A DNA stretch of 63,961 nucleotides, filler included, from Trichomonas gallinae (lineage: Eukaryota): the NCBI GenBank assembly GCA_008369845.1. It is 4 parts of 4 records of this genome, joined end to end, with 100 filler letters (N's around TTAATTAATTAA, not from the genome) between each part and the next. Parts side by side here need not be neighbours in the genome. Positions count along the whole stretch, not along the records: positions 1 to 25,614 come from MRSU01001133.1; 3 more parts are not named here. One strand, 5' to 3'. Below, piece by piece: positions 8,923 through 20,561 of this stretch; the stretch's first letter is position 1, and every line of letters starts with the position of its first letter. The position numbers and the translations under genes are program-made. The notes below the pieces were generated by a model. That model had not been told where the DNA came from, did not search any database, and worked only from the letters and a program-made list of their open reading frames with translations.

Positions 8923-11409
8923 ATGGAAACCAAGCTTAAAGAGATTGAAGCAGCTCTTGCGTCAATCTCTGATTCTGACAATGATGTACGAAAGGCTTCC
9001 ATCACAAAAATAGACGATTTTCGCAATTCACAAAGCGTAATTGACTATGTTCCTTTAATTTTAAGTAATTCCTACAGTTTGCCACTGAAAAGAATTGCGT
9101 GTCAACTATATTCGGAAAAAATTAAAGAAACATGGATGTTTGGAGAACCAGAAGCCTACATTGAAGCAATTGGAAGATTATTTAAGTATATCGACTTAAA
9201 TGCAAATGATCCAGAAACATTTGGAAATCTCCAAAGTATATTAGCAGAAATTATTACATTTGATGGCGCAAAAACTTACAAAAATTTTTTTATTGATATA
9301 TTTGCGCGAGGAAAGCCTCTTTTTAAGACAATATCGATATTAGCTGGGAACATTACTGCCGATATGACTGATTTAATGGAAGAATTCAAAAATCATCTAC
9401 CAGTGATTATTCAAAACATTTTGAAATTCATTCCTGAAGAGACAGCTATACAGGCATTTACACAAATAACCAAATACACAACATGGAGCTATTTAAAACA
9501 AGTCGATTTTCCAAAAATTTTCGATAAAATGTGTCCAGAGCTTTTTATTCCGATAACAAACGTATTACTCCTAAATGATATCGAAATACAATACACAGCG
9601 CAAGGATTTAAAGCTTTATCAACGTTTTTTTCAATTGTTGGCGATGATTTACTTGAAATCATCCCATTATTAATGCGATATTTTGCTTTACTAGAATCAC
9701 CAGAGCTTATTGACTCATTGCATAAGGCGCATGCCGAATTATTAAAAATCAGCTATTTTGAAGTCGCCGAATATTGGGAATTTTTTGCGATGCTTGTTTC
9801 CCACGACAAAGAGAGAAGAAAATTATATCAAAATACAATCTCAGAACTCTTAGTTACAATTTCTTACAATGTTATTACGCCTCCATGCTATGTTTCGGCT
9901 GACGACACTTCTATTTTGCCTCAGTTTGAACAGCAGGCAGCTATCATTAACTCTTTGTATAGAATACAACATGAACCAGCAAATTCTTACATTTTTAACA
10001 CTTTGAATGAATTAGTAACGGAATTCAATGCTGAAACATTCAATTCGATGATTTGGCTGATGTATAATATGAAGAAATCCAAGTTTGAAAAAGTTGTTCC
10101 CGCTTTAATGAATTATTTTAACAAAGCAGTTGGAACACAGGCGAGAAATGCGATTTTAATGAAAGGATTCCTATTTGTCACACGAGAAATATTCGCTCCT
10201 CTTAAATTACCGCAGAAATTAACAAAATACATATTTGATAATTCAATTTTTTTCATTAAAAACTCAATTCTACAGAATGAGTGCGTGAATTTGCTGCTTG
10301 CCTTTGCAATGAATGGCAAATTTAGTCCAAATACTCCAACAGCTTTGACATCTTCAGCTTTGCTGCCAGAAAACATCAAAATCCTTTCACATTCATCTGC
10401 CTTAACAGATTTGAAACTAACACTCGGCACAATCAAGTCAAAATTCGCAGATATTTTAAATTCTCCGATTTTTCCTCAAAAATACATTCAGCAAGTAGCA
10501 CTTCTTATAGCTTCTTTAGCAGGCATTGCACGCGCTAACCATGAATTCCTCAGCAAATTCATCAAAAAACACGCAGAGACTTTTACTCAATGGCAAATTT
10601 CGCTTTTTGAGCTCTTCATTATAAACAAGGAGAAATCTGTAATGGACATATTGAACGACTATGCAATCCTCGCTTATTACTACGAAAATCCATTCATCAC
10701 TGTATTTTTGAATTATTTCAACATCATTCCTCCGTCGATGTATAAGAGCGACACGATAAAGTGCTTCGAGTGCCTCATGAAGCCGGATGAAGACAACAAG
10801 CTCTTGGAGGTACTAAAGAGCAATGTTATCATAAAGATGGAATTCGCGTATTCTAACCAGATGCAGGTCCCTCCTTCAGTTTTCGAGTCCTTCTGTCATC
10901 TTATATCGGTTCTAGCGGAAAAAAGATTCGACTTTTTCTATCAGGATGATATTCTTTTCCTCATTTATTTCATCACTGCGTCACAGGACCCAGGACTTGT
11001 CTGCTTAACTCTAGCGAACGTCTTCGAGAGCGCAAACAACCTATTGAACGCGCCTTCTTTCCAAAAGTTTTCCGACAACTTCTGGGGAATTTTATACAAC
11101 GCGTTTAAGTCTTTGATGACAGAAGCCCCACTGACAAGCATCCTGGATATAGGCTCAGCCATCGAGAGAATCGCGCGTGTCGCGAGGCCGTCTGTTGATG
11201 GAACTTCGCAGGTCTGCAATCGTCTCATCAGAGATTTCCCGAGATGCTCAAGTGTTATTCATCCGGCTCTTATCAAAGAGATTTTGTCTGGGGACTGGAA
11301 AGTCTCAACCCGCCACATGATACACATAATAAGCTCTGCAAGGCAGATACCAGTTGATGTAATTGTCAACATTTTAGAGAGACGCAAGTTTAGATTAAAA
11401 TATGTTTGA
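8923..11409 (+). CDS. Divergent karyopherin-beta/exportin-1-like HEAT protein
   Basis: ATG at 8923. Importin-beta-like N-terminus. 'EVAEYWEFFA..V...ERRKLYQNTISELL...VITP' resembles CRM1 'ICLEYWNHLA...RRQLY..L..VR..M..P'. Confidence 0.55.
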   Translation: METKLKEIEAALASISDSDNDVRKASITKIDDFRNSQSVIDYVPLILSNSYSLPLKRIACQLYSEKIKETWMFGEPEAYIEAIGRLFKYIDLNANDPETFGNLQSILAEIITFDGAKTYKNFFIDIFARGKPLFKTISILAGNITADMTDLMEEFKNHLPVIIQNILKFIPEETAIQAFTQITKYTTWSYLKQVDFPKIFDKMCPELFIPITNVLLLNDIEIQYTAQGFKALSTFFSIVGDDLLEIIPLLMRYFALLESPELIDSLHKAHAELLKISYFEVAEYWEFFAMLVSHDKERRKLYQNTISELLVTISYNVITPPCYVSADDTSILPQFEQQAAIINSLYRIQHEPANSYIFNTLNELVTEFNAETFNSMIWLMYNMKKSKFEKVVPALMNYFNKAVGTQARNAILMKGFLFVTREIFAPLKLPQKLTKYIFDNSIFFIKNSILQNECVNLLLAFAMNGKFSPNTPTALTSSALLPENIKILSHSSALTDLKLTLGTIKSKFADILNSPIFPQKYIQQVALLIASLAGIARANHEFLSKFIKKHAETFTQWQISLFELFIINKEKSVMDILNDYAILAYYYENPFITVFLNYFNIIPPSMYKSDTIKCFECLMKPDEDNKLLEVLKSNVIIKMEFAYSNQMQVPPSVFESFCHLISVLAEKRFDFFYQDDILFLIYFITASQDPGLVCLTLANVFESANNLLNAPSFQKFSDNFWGILYNAFKSLMTEAPLTSILDIGSAIERIARVARPSVDGTSQVCNRLIRDFPRCSSVIHPALIKEILSGDWKVSTRHMIHIISSARQIPVDVIVNILERRKFRLKYV

Positions 11410-11699
11410 TTATGTTTGATTTTGTAATTCAACAACTATTATTATATTTTATTTTCATGTCTGAATATTAAATATTTTGTTTATATTAATTCTTTTAATT
11501 CATGGAAAAGATATGATGAAACATTTTTTTGATATCTTGATATTATTATTATGGACTGATATATTATAAATTTGGCTGCCATATTAAGCATTTCTAATGA
11601 TATTACATGAAATGCCTGATAATAAACGATACAACTATATATCGTTCATAAGGGGAAAAAATTTCTATTTAATGATTATGATTATATATATCGTTCTAT

Positions 11700-14600
11700 T
11701 TAATAATGATGATTAATATTTGGCATCAGTAGTCTAACCATATGATTAAGATTTTCTGTCAACTCTTCACCATTTTTGATTTGTTCGATATAAGTTTCAA
11801 CATCGAAGTTAAAAATCAATTCTTGAGAAACATCAATTAAAGGAGCAAGCTTGTGTGCAAAATATCTGTTGAATGGATACTTTTCAATAGCGATACAAAA
11901 TGGAGATGTTTCATAGATGAATCTTGTGTTCACTTTCTTCTCCAAGAGTTTATCAAAGCAATGAATATTGTTGCATTTTATTGCATAGTTTATCAGTGTT
12001 GATTGCTGAGTGCTATCGATGGCGAAAACTCCATCGAGATTGATTCCTGAATCTACGAGCAAATCAAAAATTTCGTTGTTGCGTAATTGAATGGATAGTA
12101 CAATCGGCTGGATAATATCTGTGTTCTTGGCGACTTCTTTGTAATCTCTTACTGCCAATAGACTTTTCATGAATTCTATGTTATTGCATTGAGTTGCGAG
12201 CATATAAAACTGATCATAAGGATTGAAATCAGAAAGAGTTTGCCCCGTGTAAATTTTTTCGATTTTTTCTGCAAGTGGACTTTTATTTTTCAAGATTTGG
12301 AAAACCGAATTTCTTGTAGCTGCATACTCATTTGGACTAAGAGAGCTGCGGTTCCTATTGACTAGGTGTGGATCAATGAAATAGCACATAATAAAGTAAA
12401 CTGTTTCATCTGCCAGATATGATGATGTAATGAATTCAATTAAAGCGTCGGTATTTTTGTGCTGATTCTTAAAAAGATCGGAAATCTCTCTTGGCATTTT
12501 ATGAAGCAATCTTGGGACGAAGTCTCTATCAAATATGCTAAACTCAGACACATATTTCTCAGGTTTCATTTGATAATCATCCAAATATTTTTTATATTTG
12601 TCTGTGAGAATTAATGATCTATTCATATATTTGATGGTCTGCAATATATTCTGTCCATTGCAGAAATTAAAATTGCACGGAATATCATAATTGGAAAGGA
12701 GATACCGCTGCAAAGAGTCGCAATTATGACTTAAAGCAGCTCCAAATCCATTAACAATTGCGTGAAAACTGACTTTTGCAGTCTCTATGAGTTTGACAGT
12801 TGCAGCTTGATATTGAGGTAATGAGCAAAACCGAACGAAATAGGCAGGATCAGCAATGATAGTTTCTTGTGATAATGGTGCATTTCTTATAATGTCATAA
12901 AACAATTGCATGGTTGGTGGCATTCTTGATAGATATTTAATAATCAAGTCGTAAAACTTGTCGTTTGAAATAAGTATATTATAAAATCTTCTTGGCAAAT
13001 CATTTTCCGATTTGTTAAAAATCAGTTCTATAACTTTGCTCGGAGTTTTCTCTTTGATTTCTAACGCAATTTGAATGAGAGTATCAACAGAGAATTTATT
13101 AATCAGTGCATCGTTTTCGGCAGCCTTAAGATACAAACGTGGTTCATTCGCCAAGGCGCTGACAACTAAAGGAATTTCTTCGTCAGTGAAATTTCTCAGC
13201 TTAAAATATGAACCATCACGATAATGTAATGTCATTGAATTATAAGTGTTTTGAAATTCGGAAATGGGAATTAATTGGAGGACATTTAAACTCGTATAGT
13301 GTTCCAATTCGTTTAATTTTCTAATTTGATCAACAGATTCTTCTGTCATATATAGAAATGGTATAACATTTGTTGCATTCATATCGCGTAGTGTCTTATA
13401 ATCAAAGTATTGGTTGTATATTTCGTCTCCTATTGAATCCGGAAAATCCTTCATTAGGGTGCCGCGCTTAATCACTACGTAAAACTGCTCTTTCGTTAAA
13501 ATCTTTTTGTCAATAAAAGGGAAAATTTCATGAAGAATAGGATATGACTTAATTGCTTTATCGAGATCGGCATTTTTTTCGAAATATTCCGAATGAAGGA
13601 AAAAATTTAAAATTTCCTGCCTGGAATAAATAAATGGAGGGAGATTTGCACACCATATTTCTTTCACAAACTTAATTAGCTCCGCCGTAGAATCTGGATT
13701 ATCTGAATAATGAATAAGTGCCAAAATATCCAACGCCGTTAATTTTTGTTTAATGAAAGAATTTTGAAGCAGATAGATTACCAAATCGCAAGGGAGCGAG
13801 CCAGGGCATTTCTCAGCATATATGGCGAGCTGAAGTAATGAATATATTTGTTCGTCGGAAATATCTGGACAGATTAACGCAGCCAATAATGTAAAACTTC
13901 GGACATGATTGAAAATTTCGATTTTCTCTTCGCTGGTGAACGATTTAAGGAGAAAAGGAGTCTCGATGACCAACATCGTGATCCTTCTGTCGTAGTTAGA
14001 TAATCTGATAGCTCCTAATGCACCTTGAGGATCAATGAATTTCGTGGAACGATTTTTGAGTAAATAAACCATGAATTCTATTTTTTCATTATCAGGCAAT
14101 TTTTCTAATATATTTTTATCGAAGTTTTCCTCGAAGAAAGCTAGCTGATTAGATCTAAACCCGCACTTTATGAAACTCTTGGCAAATTTAGGGGATTCAA
14201 TGAGCACATCAAATAGATATTTTGAGGCTTTTTCAATCGCAATATCTATATATTTAGTAAGATTGTTTTCGCAAATCTTTGATAGAACATTCTTGTCCGA
14301 TATATAAAGAATAGCACTATCTACATCATTAACGTAATTGAATATACTATTATAGTTATCCAAAGCGCAAACTTGAAAGAAATAATTATAACATTCTGGT
14401 TTTAAATTCGGCGCTTTCAAAAATGCTTTAATCGAAACTGACGGATAACTTGTAGTAATTAGTTTTCCTTGATTTAAGTGATCAAAGAGTTCATCACGTC
14501 TAAATAACAGGGCTACATTTGCTTTATTCGAGAAACTGATTCCTTTCTGAGTGCAGAGCCTAAAAATTTCTAAATTTCCACCAATTATAACTGAGTTTTG

Positions 14601-15209
14601 GATATCACCAGCAAAATCATAAACTGTGATTAGATATTTGAATATATTGACTGATCTGAAAATAGCAGCGATATTGTGATAGTTAGCTTTGTTAGATCTA
14701 TAATTATTTACTTCAGGTTGCCTAAGTTTATCTTCTAATTGAATAAATGCATCTAGATCGTCATTGATAAATACTTCGCATATGTCTACTTCTGTAGGAA
14801 TTTCGGCTAAATATTCATCGTATCTTTCAAAAACGGGATTTTGATAATTAATATAAAGAAATCTATCGGTACTTAAAGATATTTGTATGTTATCAAGGAC
14901 ACACTTGCTATTACAGTATTTATTAATGAGTGATAAAAATATATCAGGAAATCCAAAGTTTGAAAAAAGTAATTTGATTACTATAATAGGTAATTGCTGT
15001 ATCAACTTGCAGTACTTGATAAAGTTATAAGGATATATTAACGTATTAATATAAAATTCGAATATTGCTAAATTAGGATAATCTAAAAAAAATTGTTTGA
15101 TTGCTTGGACGTTTTCGGAAATCGAAGGATCAATTTTTGCGAGAAGTTCTTGAAAATTAGCCAATTCAGAGAGCTCATCTGGAACTTCTACGTCACAGAC
15201 TCCACTCAT
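11700..15209 (-). CDS. DUF3447-like/ankyrin-repeat protein
   Basis: N-terminal 'AAIFRSVNIFKYL...IIGGNLEIFRLC...ALLFRRDELFDHL' is DUF3447-like. C-terminal ankyrin-like units (PIVLSIQLRNNEIFDLLVDSG; LINYAIKCNNIHCFDKLLEKK). Confidence 0.75.
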   Translation of the reverse strand: MSGVCDVEVPDELSELANFQELLAKIDPSISENVQAIKQFFLDYPNLAIFEFYINTLIYPYNFIKYCKLIQQLPIIVIKLLFSNFGFPDIFLSLINKYCNSKCVLDNIQISLSTDRFLYINYQNPVFERYDEYLAEIPTEVDICEVFINDDLDAFIQLEDKLRQPEVNNYRSNKANYHNIAAIFRSVNIFKYLITVYDFAGDIQNSVIIGGNLEIFRLCTQKGISFSNKANVALLFRRDELFDHLNQGKLITTSYPSVSIKAFLKAPNLKPECYNYFFQVCALDNYNSIFNYVNDVDSAILYISDKNVLSKICENNLTKYIDIAIEKASKYLFDVLIESPKFAKSFIKCGFRSNQLAFFEENFDKNILEKLPDNEKIEFMVYLLKNRSTKFIDPQGALGAIRLSNYDRRITMLVIETPFLLKSFTSEEKIEIFNHVRSFTLLAALICPDISDEQIYSLLQLAIYAEKCPGSLPCDLVIYLLQNSFIKQKLTALDILALIHYSDNPDSTAELIKFVKEIWCANLPPFIYSRQEILNFFLHSEYFEKNADLDKAIKSYPILHEIFPFIDKKILTKEQFYVVIKRGTLMKDFPDSIGDEIYNQYFDYKTLRDMNATNVIPFLYMTEESVDQIRKLNELEHYTSLNVLQLIPISEFQNTYNSMTLHYRDGSYFKLRNFTDEEIPLVVSALANEPRLYLKAAENDALINKFSVDTLIQIALEIKEKTPSKVIELIFNKSENDLPRRFYNILISNDKFYDLIIKYLSRMPPTMQLFYDIIRNAPLSQETIIADPAYFVRFCSLPQYQAATVKLIETAKVSFHAIVNGFGAALSHNCDSLQRYLLSNYDIPCNFNFCNGQNILQTIKYMNRSLILTDKYKKYLDDYQMKPEKYVSEFSIFDRDFVPRLLHKMPREISDLFKNQHKNTDALIEFITSSYLADETVYFIMCYFIDPHLVNRNRSSLSPNEYAATRNSVFQILKNKSPLAEKIEKIYTGQTLSDFNPYDQFYMLATQCNNIEFMKSLLAVRDYKEVAKNTDIIQPIVLSIQLRNNEIFDLLVDSGINLDGVFAIDSTQQSTLINYAIKCNNIHCFDKLLEKKVNTRFIYETSPFCIAIEKYPFNRYFAHKLAPLIDVSQELIFNFDVETYIEQIKNGEELTENLNHMVRLLMPNINHHY

Positions 15210-15234
15210 TAAAATAAATTTAACATATTATTTG

Positions 15235-15544
15235 AAATCTGACAAATAAAAATAATATTTTGAAAGAAAATGACAAATAAACTTCGTCAAAAACATTTTG
15301 TTCCGTCAAATTTTATGTCAAAATAACTGTGAAAAATTATATCATGAGAAAAAATCTATATTATGAGATATTTTATTTTATATATTTGAAACCACAAACA
15401 TCCAAAGAAGGTTTTATAGCTATTATATTTAGCATTAATGCAATTTCTCGATTGATACATAACTTTGAATTTGACATATAAATTAAAATCTGACGAATAA
15501 ACAAATTTATTTGAAAGAAAATGACAAATAAACTTTGTCAAAAA
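15235..15544. repeat. ~58-bp imperfect direct repeat (15235-15293 and ~15486-15544) in a divergent intergenic region
   Basis: Both copies read aaatctgacRaataaa...tttgaaagaaaatgacaaataaacttYgtcaaaaa. Confidence 0.85.
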
Positions 15545-15704
15545 ATATGATCTGACTTTTCACATATCTTTTGACAAAAAAAATATAACAGAAAATGGTT
15601 GATAATTTTTAGTCCTAATTTTGGTATATGACCAATACTAGTAAAACGATGACTATGTCACTTTGTGTGTAAAAAGGTGACGTTTTAGTGAAATTTCCTA
15701 TCAT

Positions 15705-18293
15705 ATGCAACAGAAGGACTTCCCAAAAACACTCATTGAATTGGTGGAGGCTCTTCCACAATACGTGCGTGACCTCGATGACTTCAAACTCGACAAGCAG
15801 ATAGGAAAAGGAGGCTTCGGCGAGGTTTGGCGCGCGATTGATAAAAGAACAAATGAGGAAGTTGCTGTTAAAAAGCTTTTTATCACGAAGCTTGGTAGAA
15901 AACCATTGCTATCATTCATAAGAGAAATCTTTACTAACGCGGTATGCAAAGATAAATTTTGTATCAAGCTCGTTGGTTTCACTGTAGTCCGTCCTTACTC
16001 GATTATAACACAATTTGCAAAAGGTGGTTGTCTTGTTGATTATATTTTCCCAGGATCTCCAAAATTTGACTCATTATCGCCAACAAAACTAACAATCGTA
16101 GCTATGAAAATAGCTCACGCGCTTTCAACCATACAACAACAAAATATTATTCACCGCGATATCAAACCTGCAAATATACTACTCAGTGAAACGAAAAACC
16201 CATACGTCTGCGATTTCGGCATTGCAAGAGTTGTAGATACTGAAAATTTCATGTCAAGGAAGTGTGGAACAATCGTTTACATGGCCCCAGAAGTTTGGAC
16301 ATCGAGAGAATACGATTCTGCTGCTGATGTTTACAGCTACGGCATGATGCTGTGGGAAATGTCTGAGAAAAGGCACACATACGAAGGCTACAACAAGCAA
16401 ATGATGGACGAAGTTTTAACTACAGGCACTGATCGACCAAGATTTACCAAGAAAACGCCAAATTCGATGAAGGACTTGATATCACAGTGTTGGGACAAGG
16501 ATCCTTCAAAAAGGCCTACTTTCAAACAGATCGTGAAGATGCTTTCGTCTGGAAAATACGGATTTCAAGGATATAAGCCTGAAGAAGTTGTAAAAGTCAG
16601 CAAAGAGATTAAAGATACAAACAAAGTAAGAGAGCCAAAGAAATATTGCAATACAGAAGAAGTTATCCAAAAAATTATTGAATATCAAACAAATCAGCAA
16701 GACGACGATGATGACGAAGAGCCTGAATTCCTTGATGAAGAAGGCATCGATTTCGTTGATTTCAATGACGTAAACAGCCAATTCCGTCCAATTGCAGAAC
16801 CAATTCCAAGAAATCTCGCAAACGGCAGCGCAAAAGCAGGAGGATGCGGTAAAGTCAAGCCAGATCAAGCTCTAATGATGTCTGCTCCACAGCCTCAGTT
16901 TTTCACGCATCTTCACCAAGTTGCAACAACTCTCGAACCTGAATCTTTCGAGGCTTTCTTCGCATTGACATCAAACCATCTTGTTAAGCCGATGAATGAG
17001 TTAGTAACAACGCACGTCCAATACGCTTACTGCGAGGCCATGCTCTATGATGAGGACTTCATTGATTTCTGCGACAAAAAGAATTTGTTCACGAATCTTC
17101 CAACACATACTGAAGGAATCATCAACCGCTCACTAGATATGCTCGGCATGCTTTTCTGCTACAGGCCTAATCTTGTTACTCCAGCTATCGCACGCTACAT
17201 CAGATACTTCCTTGAGAACAGGCCGAGTGAGATGATTATCATGCTTTCACACTTCATTCAGCATCTACCAGACGACTTGAATCCTTTCATGCAGATTTTC
17301 GATGTCATTCTTTTGTCAGCTCAAAAATTCTCGATGCTCGAAGAAGCGGAATATTTCTTAACAATAATAATGGAGATCGCAGACAGCTGCCCGCAGTTCA
17401 TGCAGATGAGATTCGACATGATCAAGTCCGTTGCCATTTATTTCACCATGTCAAAGTTCCCCAAAGTTGTCGCTGCTGCATATGCTGCTATCGGCCGTCT
17501 CTATGATCCTTCAACCAACAACATACCTTTAGATTTCAAGGTCATCATGCAGCACGCTTTGAACGAAGAAGTCGCTCCATCTATTGCCGCTCTGTTCATC
17601 AAAATCTACAATTTACTGCCTGCGACTCCTGAGATGGTCCACACTATATTAAGTCTCGCAGCAATAACAACAGAAGCTACTGTTCTACCTCTTCTTGTTG
17701 CAGACTCAAATCCAGAGGCTGCAATGCTGATGGTCAAGGACGATTCGTGGTATACAGTTGGACTCCCTGACCCACTTGACACTTACAGATTACTTCTCGT
17801 TTTGTGGATGAATCCGAAGGCGCGCAACGAGTTTGTTTACATGGAGAGATTCCCTGAATTACTCGCTTTTCTCGCATCTACTCCTGATAACTTCTTGATT
17901 GGCGGAATGACAATTATTCTGAACAAGCAGATCATCGATGCAGCATTGGTTCAAAGACTTGATCACGCGGGCTTCTTCAAGAACTACTCGAATTCATTCA
18001 GCACAATAAGAGATACTAACACAATTGTTGCTGTCGTAATGCTCGCAGACTCTCTGGCAAGGGCTGGAGAAGCAGTTGGATACCCAGACTTAGCGACTGC
18101 AATTGTCACAGCCGCATCAACTTGCCAGGAATCTTTCTCCTACGCAGCATCAGCATTAATGGCTTTGACAACATATAAATCTGTCGCTTACGTCCTTAGG
18201 CAGTCTCGGCCGTTTGCTGACTTTCTCATTACTCTGAATAGGTTCCCTAGCTGCATGCAATACGTGCAAATTATCAGCCGCAATGTTCAGTAA
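15705..18293 (+). CDS. TKL-family protein kinase with C-terminal helical/ARM-like region
   Basis: GKGGFG, VAVK, HRDIKPAN, DFG, GT..YMAPE, DVYSYG and CW..DP..RPTF are all intact. Confidence 0.92.
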   Translation: MQQKDFPKTLIELVEALPQYVRDLDDFKLDKQIGKGGFGEVWRAIDKRTNEEVAVKKLFITKLGRKPLLSFIREIFTNAVCKDKFCIKLVGFTVVRPYSIITQFAKGGCLVDYIFPGSPKFDSLSPTKLTIVAMKIAHALSTIQQQNIIHRDIKPANILLSETKNPYVCDFGIARVVDTENFMSRKCGTIVYMAPEVWTSREYDSAADVYSYGMMLWEMSEKRHTYEGYNKQMMDEVLTTGTDRPRFTKKTPNSMKDLISQCWDKDPSKRPTFKQIVKMLSSGKYGFQGYKPEEVVKVSKEIKDTNKVREPKKYCNTEEVIQKIIEYQTNQQDDDDDEEPEFLDEEGIDFVDFNDVNSQFRPIAEPIPRNLANGSAKAGGCGKVKPDQALMMSAPQPQFFTHLHQVATTLEPESFEAFFALTSNHLVKPMNELVTTHVQYAYCEAMLYDEDFIDFCDKKNLFTNLPTHTEGIINRSLDMLGMLFCYRPNLVTPAIARYIRYFLENRPSEMIIMLSHFIQHLPDDLNPFMQIFDVILLSAQKFSMLEEAEYFLTIIMEIADSCPQFMQMRFDMIKSVAIYFTMSKFPKVVAAAYAAIGRLYDPSTNNIPLDFKVIMQHALNEEVAPSIAALFIKIYNLLPATPEMVHTILSLAAITTEATVLPLLVADSNPEAAMLMVKDDSWYTVGLPDPLDTYRLLLVLWMNPKARNEFVYMERFPELLAFLASTPDNFLIGGMTIILNKQIIDAALVQRLDHAGFFKNYSNSFSTIRDTNTIVAVVMLADSLARAGEAVGYPDLATAIVTAASTCQESFSYAASALMALTTYKSVAYVLRQSRPFADFLITLNRFPSCMQYVQIISRNVQ

Positions 18294-18908
18294 TTTCTTT
18301 CTTTTATTTGTTTTAAATTGTTGTTTATCATTAATTTAATTCATAATTCTATGATTATTGCATTTTATATATTGATACAAATTATTCTATTAAAGAGATT
18401 TATCTTTTTATTCACAAATTAAATTGATCAGTAAAAATATTGCTGCGAAAAAGTGCGAAATTTGCATATTTTTATGTTTTAGAAAGTGTAATAATTGTAT
18501 GCAATGAGATATCAACAAATTCGTACGTTATGTAAAAAAAATCAATTTTTTTCTTTAAATTCATTATTGAACAAAATAACGAGCGCTAAACTGTGTAGAA
18601 ATGTCATTGTAGCAAGAAAATTATAAAATAAAGGCAAAAACTCTCGTTTGAAATGAAATCAAAATTCTAAAAAAATGGTTTAAGGTTGAAATAATTTGAT
18701 AAAATGATTTCAGTTTATGTATTTAGCCGATATTTAATGAGATTTTTAAAAGTGATTTATTTTACATTTGACATGTAAATGTCAGAATTTCAGCGTAACG
18801 TCATTTTTTGTTTTCCAAAAAATATTCTTTAAATCGACTAAAAATGCTATTTAGAATGGTTTGTGTTCTAAAATAATCGTCATATAAAAAAATCATAATA
18901 AAAAAAAT

Positions 18909-20561
18909 ATGGGAAGCGGCGTTTCACAGTGTGACTCAACTAAACTCCAAAACATCGAAGCCCGCACATTTTTCGAGAAGATCTGTGCTATCTACAACAA
19001 TCTCCCTGAGCATTTCCAGAAGGATAAAAATTTAGTTCGTTTAGTACTGTCGATTTACGAATCGATGAAAATTCTGCCTGACAATGAAGATGACTTCGGT
19101 GTGGCAATCACTGGTCCAAATGCTGGAAATTTATTCCTGCGTCGTATGATGCCGTTATTACATACTTTGCCAAACAACCTTACAAAGATCTCTTTCAGGG
19201 CCTGTGGGATCACTGAGGACACAATACCTTATGTTGCAAACTTTATCATCAACACCCCGCATTTACAACAGTTAGATCTCTCTGAGAATCGCCTCGGACG
19301 CCAAGCAAAGAGGATCTTTGAAATTATCACCGCCCATCCAAACCTCAAATCTATTATCATGGAAGAATGCGATATAGATGATACAGCAACTAAATCTATT
19401 ATCAACTTATTGAAGAATAACCACACCATTACAACTTTCCGCCTTGAATCTACAAGACTTTGCAAGGAAAGCCTCAATGAAGTATTCAAGGCCCTCAAAG
19501 CTAACAAAACTATCACCGTTGCCTCAATCGATGATTCAATTCTTGTAGAAGTCAACGAAATTACAGAACGCAACAAATCCTTGCGGACACTCACAGATCA
19601 GATTTGCATGTACCCATTCAAGCGCAATTTCTCCAAACAAATGACAGCATTCAAATCAATCAAAGGCAGAGAAATGCTTGCAGGCCGTGCAAGACAGAAA
19701 GAAGAGTCAAAGAAAGCTAACCCAGAAATGTTCCAGCAGTTAGAATCCACAGATGAGCGCGCTCGCCAAATCGATACAGTAGAAAAGGCTGCATCATCGC
19801 AACGCTTCCGCAGCGGTAAGGCAGAGATGATTGGCCGTCGTCCAAACATGGAAGATGTCTCTGTTATCGTTGACCAGTGCCCGAAGAAAGGCGCAATTCT
19901 TTACGGCTTGTTCGATGGCCACGGCGGCAGAGAAGCAGCTGAATTCGCCGGCCAAAACCTCCCTAAGAACATTGCTGACCGCTACTCACGCCAGCCTCTC
20001 CCAGATGCCATCACAAACTCCTTCAAGTTCCTCCAGATCGACATGAAGTCGTGGTGCGTCTATGTCGGCTGCACAGCCTGCCTCGCTATGATCGAAGGCC
20101 GCACACTTACATGCGCAAACATCGGCGATACTCGCTGCGTCTTGTGCAGAGGCGGCCAGGCAATCAGACTGACTGTCGACCACAAGCCATCCTTACCAGA
20201 AGAGCAGGCTTACATCGAGCAAAAGGGATCATTCGTCAGAGACGGAAGAATCGCCGGCATGCTCGCTGTTTCACGTGCGTTCGGTGATGGATTCCTCGGC
20301 GACGCTGTCAACGTTACTCCACACATCAACCAGCTCGAGCTCACAAACGAGGACCTCTTCTTGATCCTTGCATGCGACGGTGTCTGGGATGTCATGCTGG
20401 ACCAGGAGGCCTGCGACCTCATCAAGGCAGAAGTTGATCCACTCACAGCTGCAATGAAGCTTAGAGACGCTGCCTACGATAGAGATTCAATGGATAATAT
20501 TTCAGTTATTGTTGTTAATCTTAGGGATACTCTCATCAAAGAAAGCGAAGCACAAGAATAA
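18909..20561 (+). CDS. LRR + PP2C (PPM) protein phosphatase, predicted N-myristoylated
   Basis: MGSGVSQC N-terminus; RNI-like LRRs (LQQLDLSENRLG); PP2C motifs RPNMED, FDGHGG, NIGD, DHKP, LAVSRAFGD, ACDGVWD and DNIS. Confidence 0.93.
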   Translation: MGSGVSQCDSTKLQNIEARTFFEKICAIYNNLPEHFQKDKNLVRLVLSIYESMKILPDNEDDFGVAITGPNAGNLFLRRMMPLLHTLPNNLTKISFRACGITEDTIPYVANFIINTPHLQQLDLSENRLGRQAKRIFEIITAHPNLKSIIMEECDIDDTATKSIINLLKNNHTITTFRLESTRLCKESLNEVFKALKANKTITVASIDDSILVEVNEITERNKSLRTLTDQICMYPFKRNFSKQMTAFKSIKGREMLAGRARQKEESKKANPEMFQQLESTDERARQIDTVEKAASSQRFRSGKAEMIGRRPNMEDVSVIVDQCPKKGAILYGLFDGHGGREAAEFAGQNLPKNIADRYSRQPLPDAITNSFKFLQIDMKSWCVYVGCTACLAMIEGRTLTCANIGDTRCVLCRGGQAIRLTVDHKPSLPEEQAYIEQKGSFVRDGRIAGMLAVSRAFGDGFLGDAVNVTPHINQLELTNEDLFLILACDGVWDVMLDQEACDLIKAEVDPLTAAMKLRDAAYDRDSMDNISVIVVNLRDTLIKESEAQE

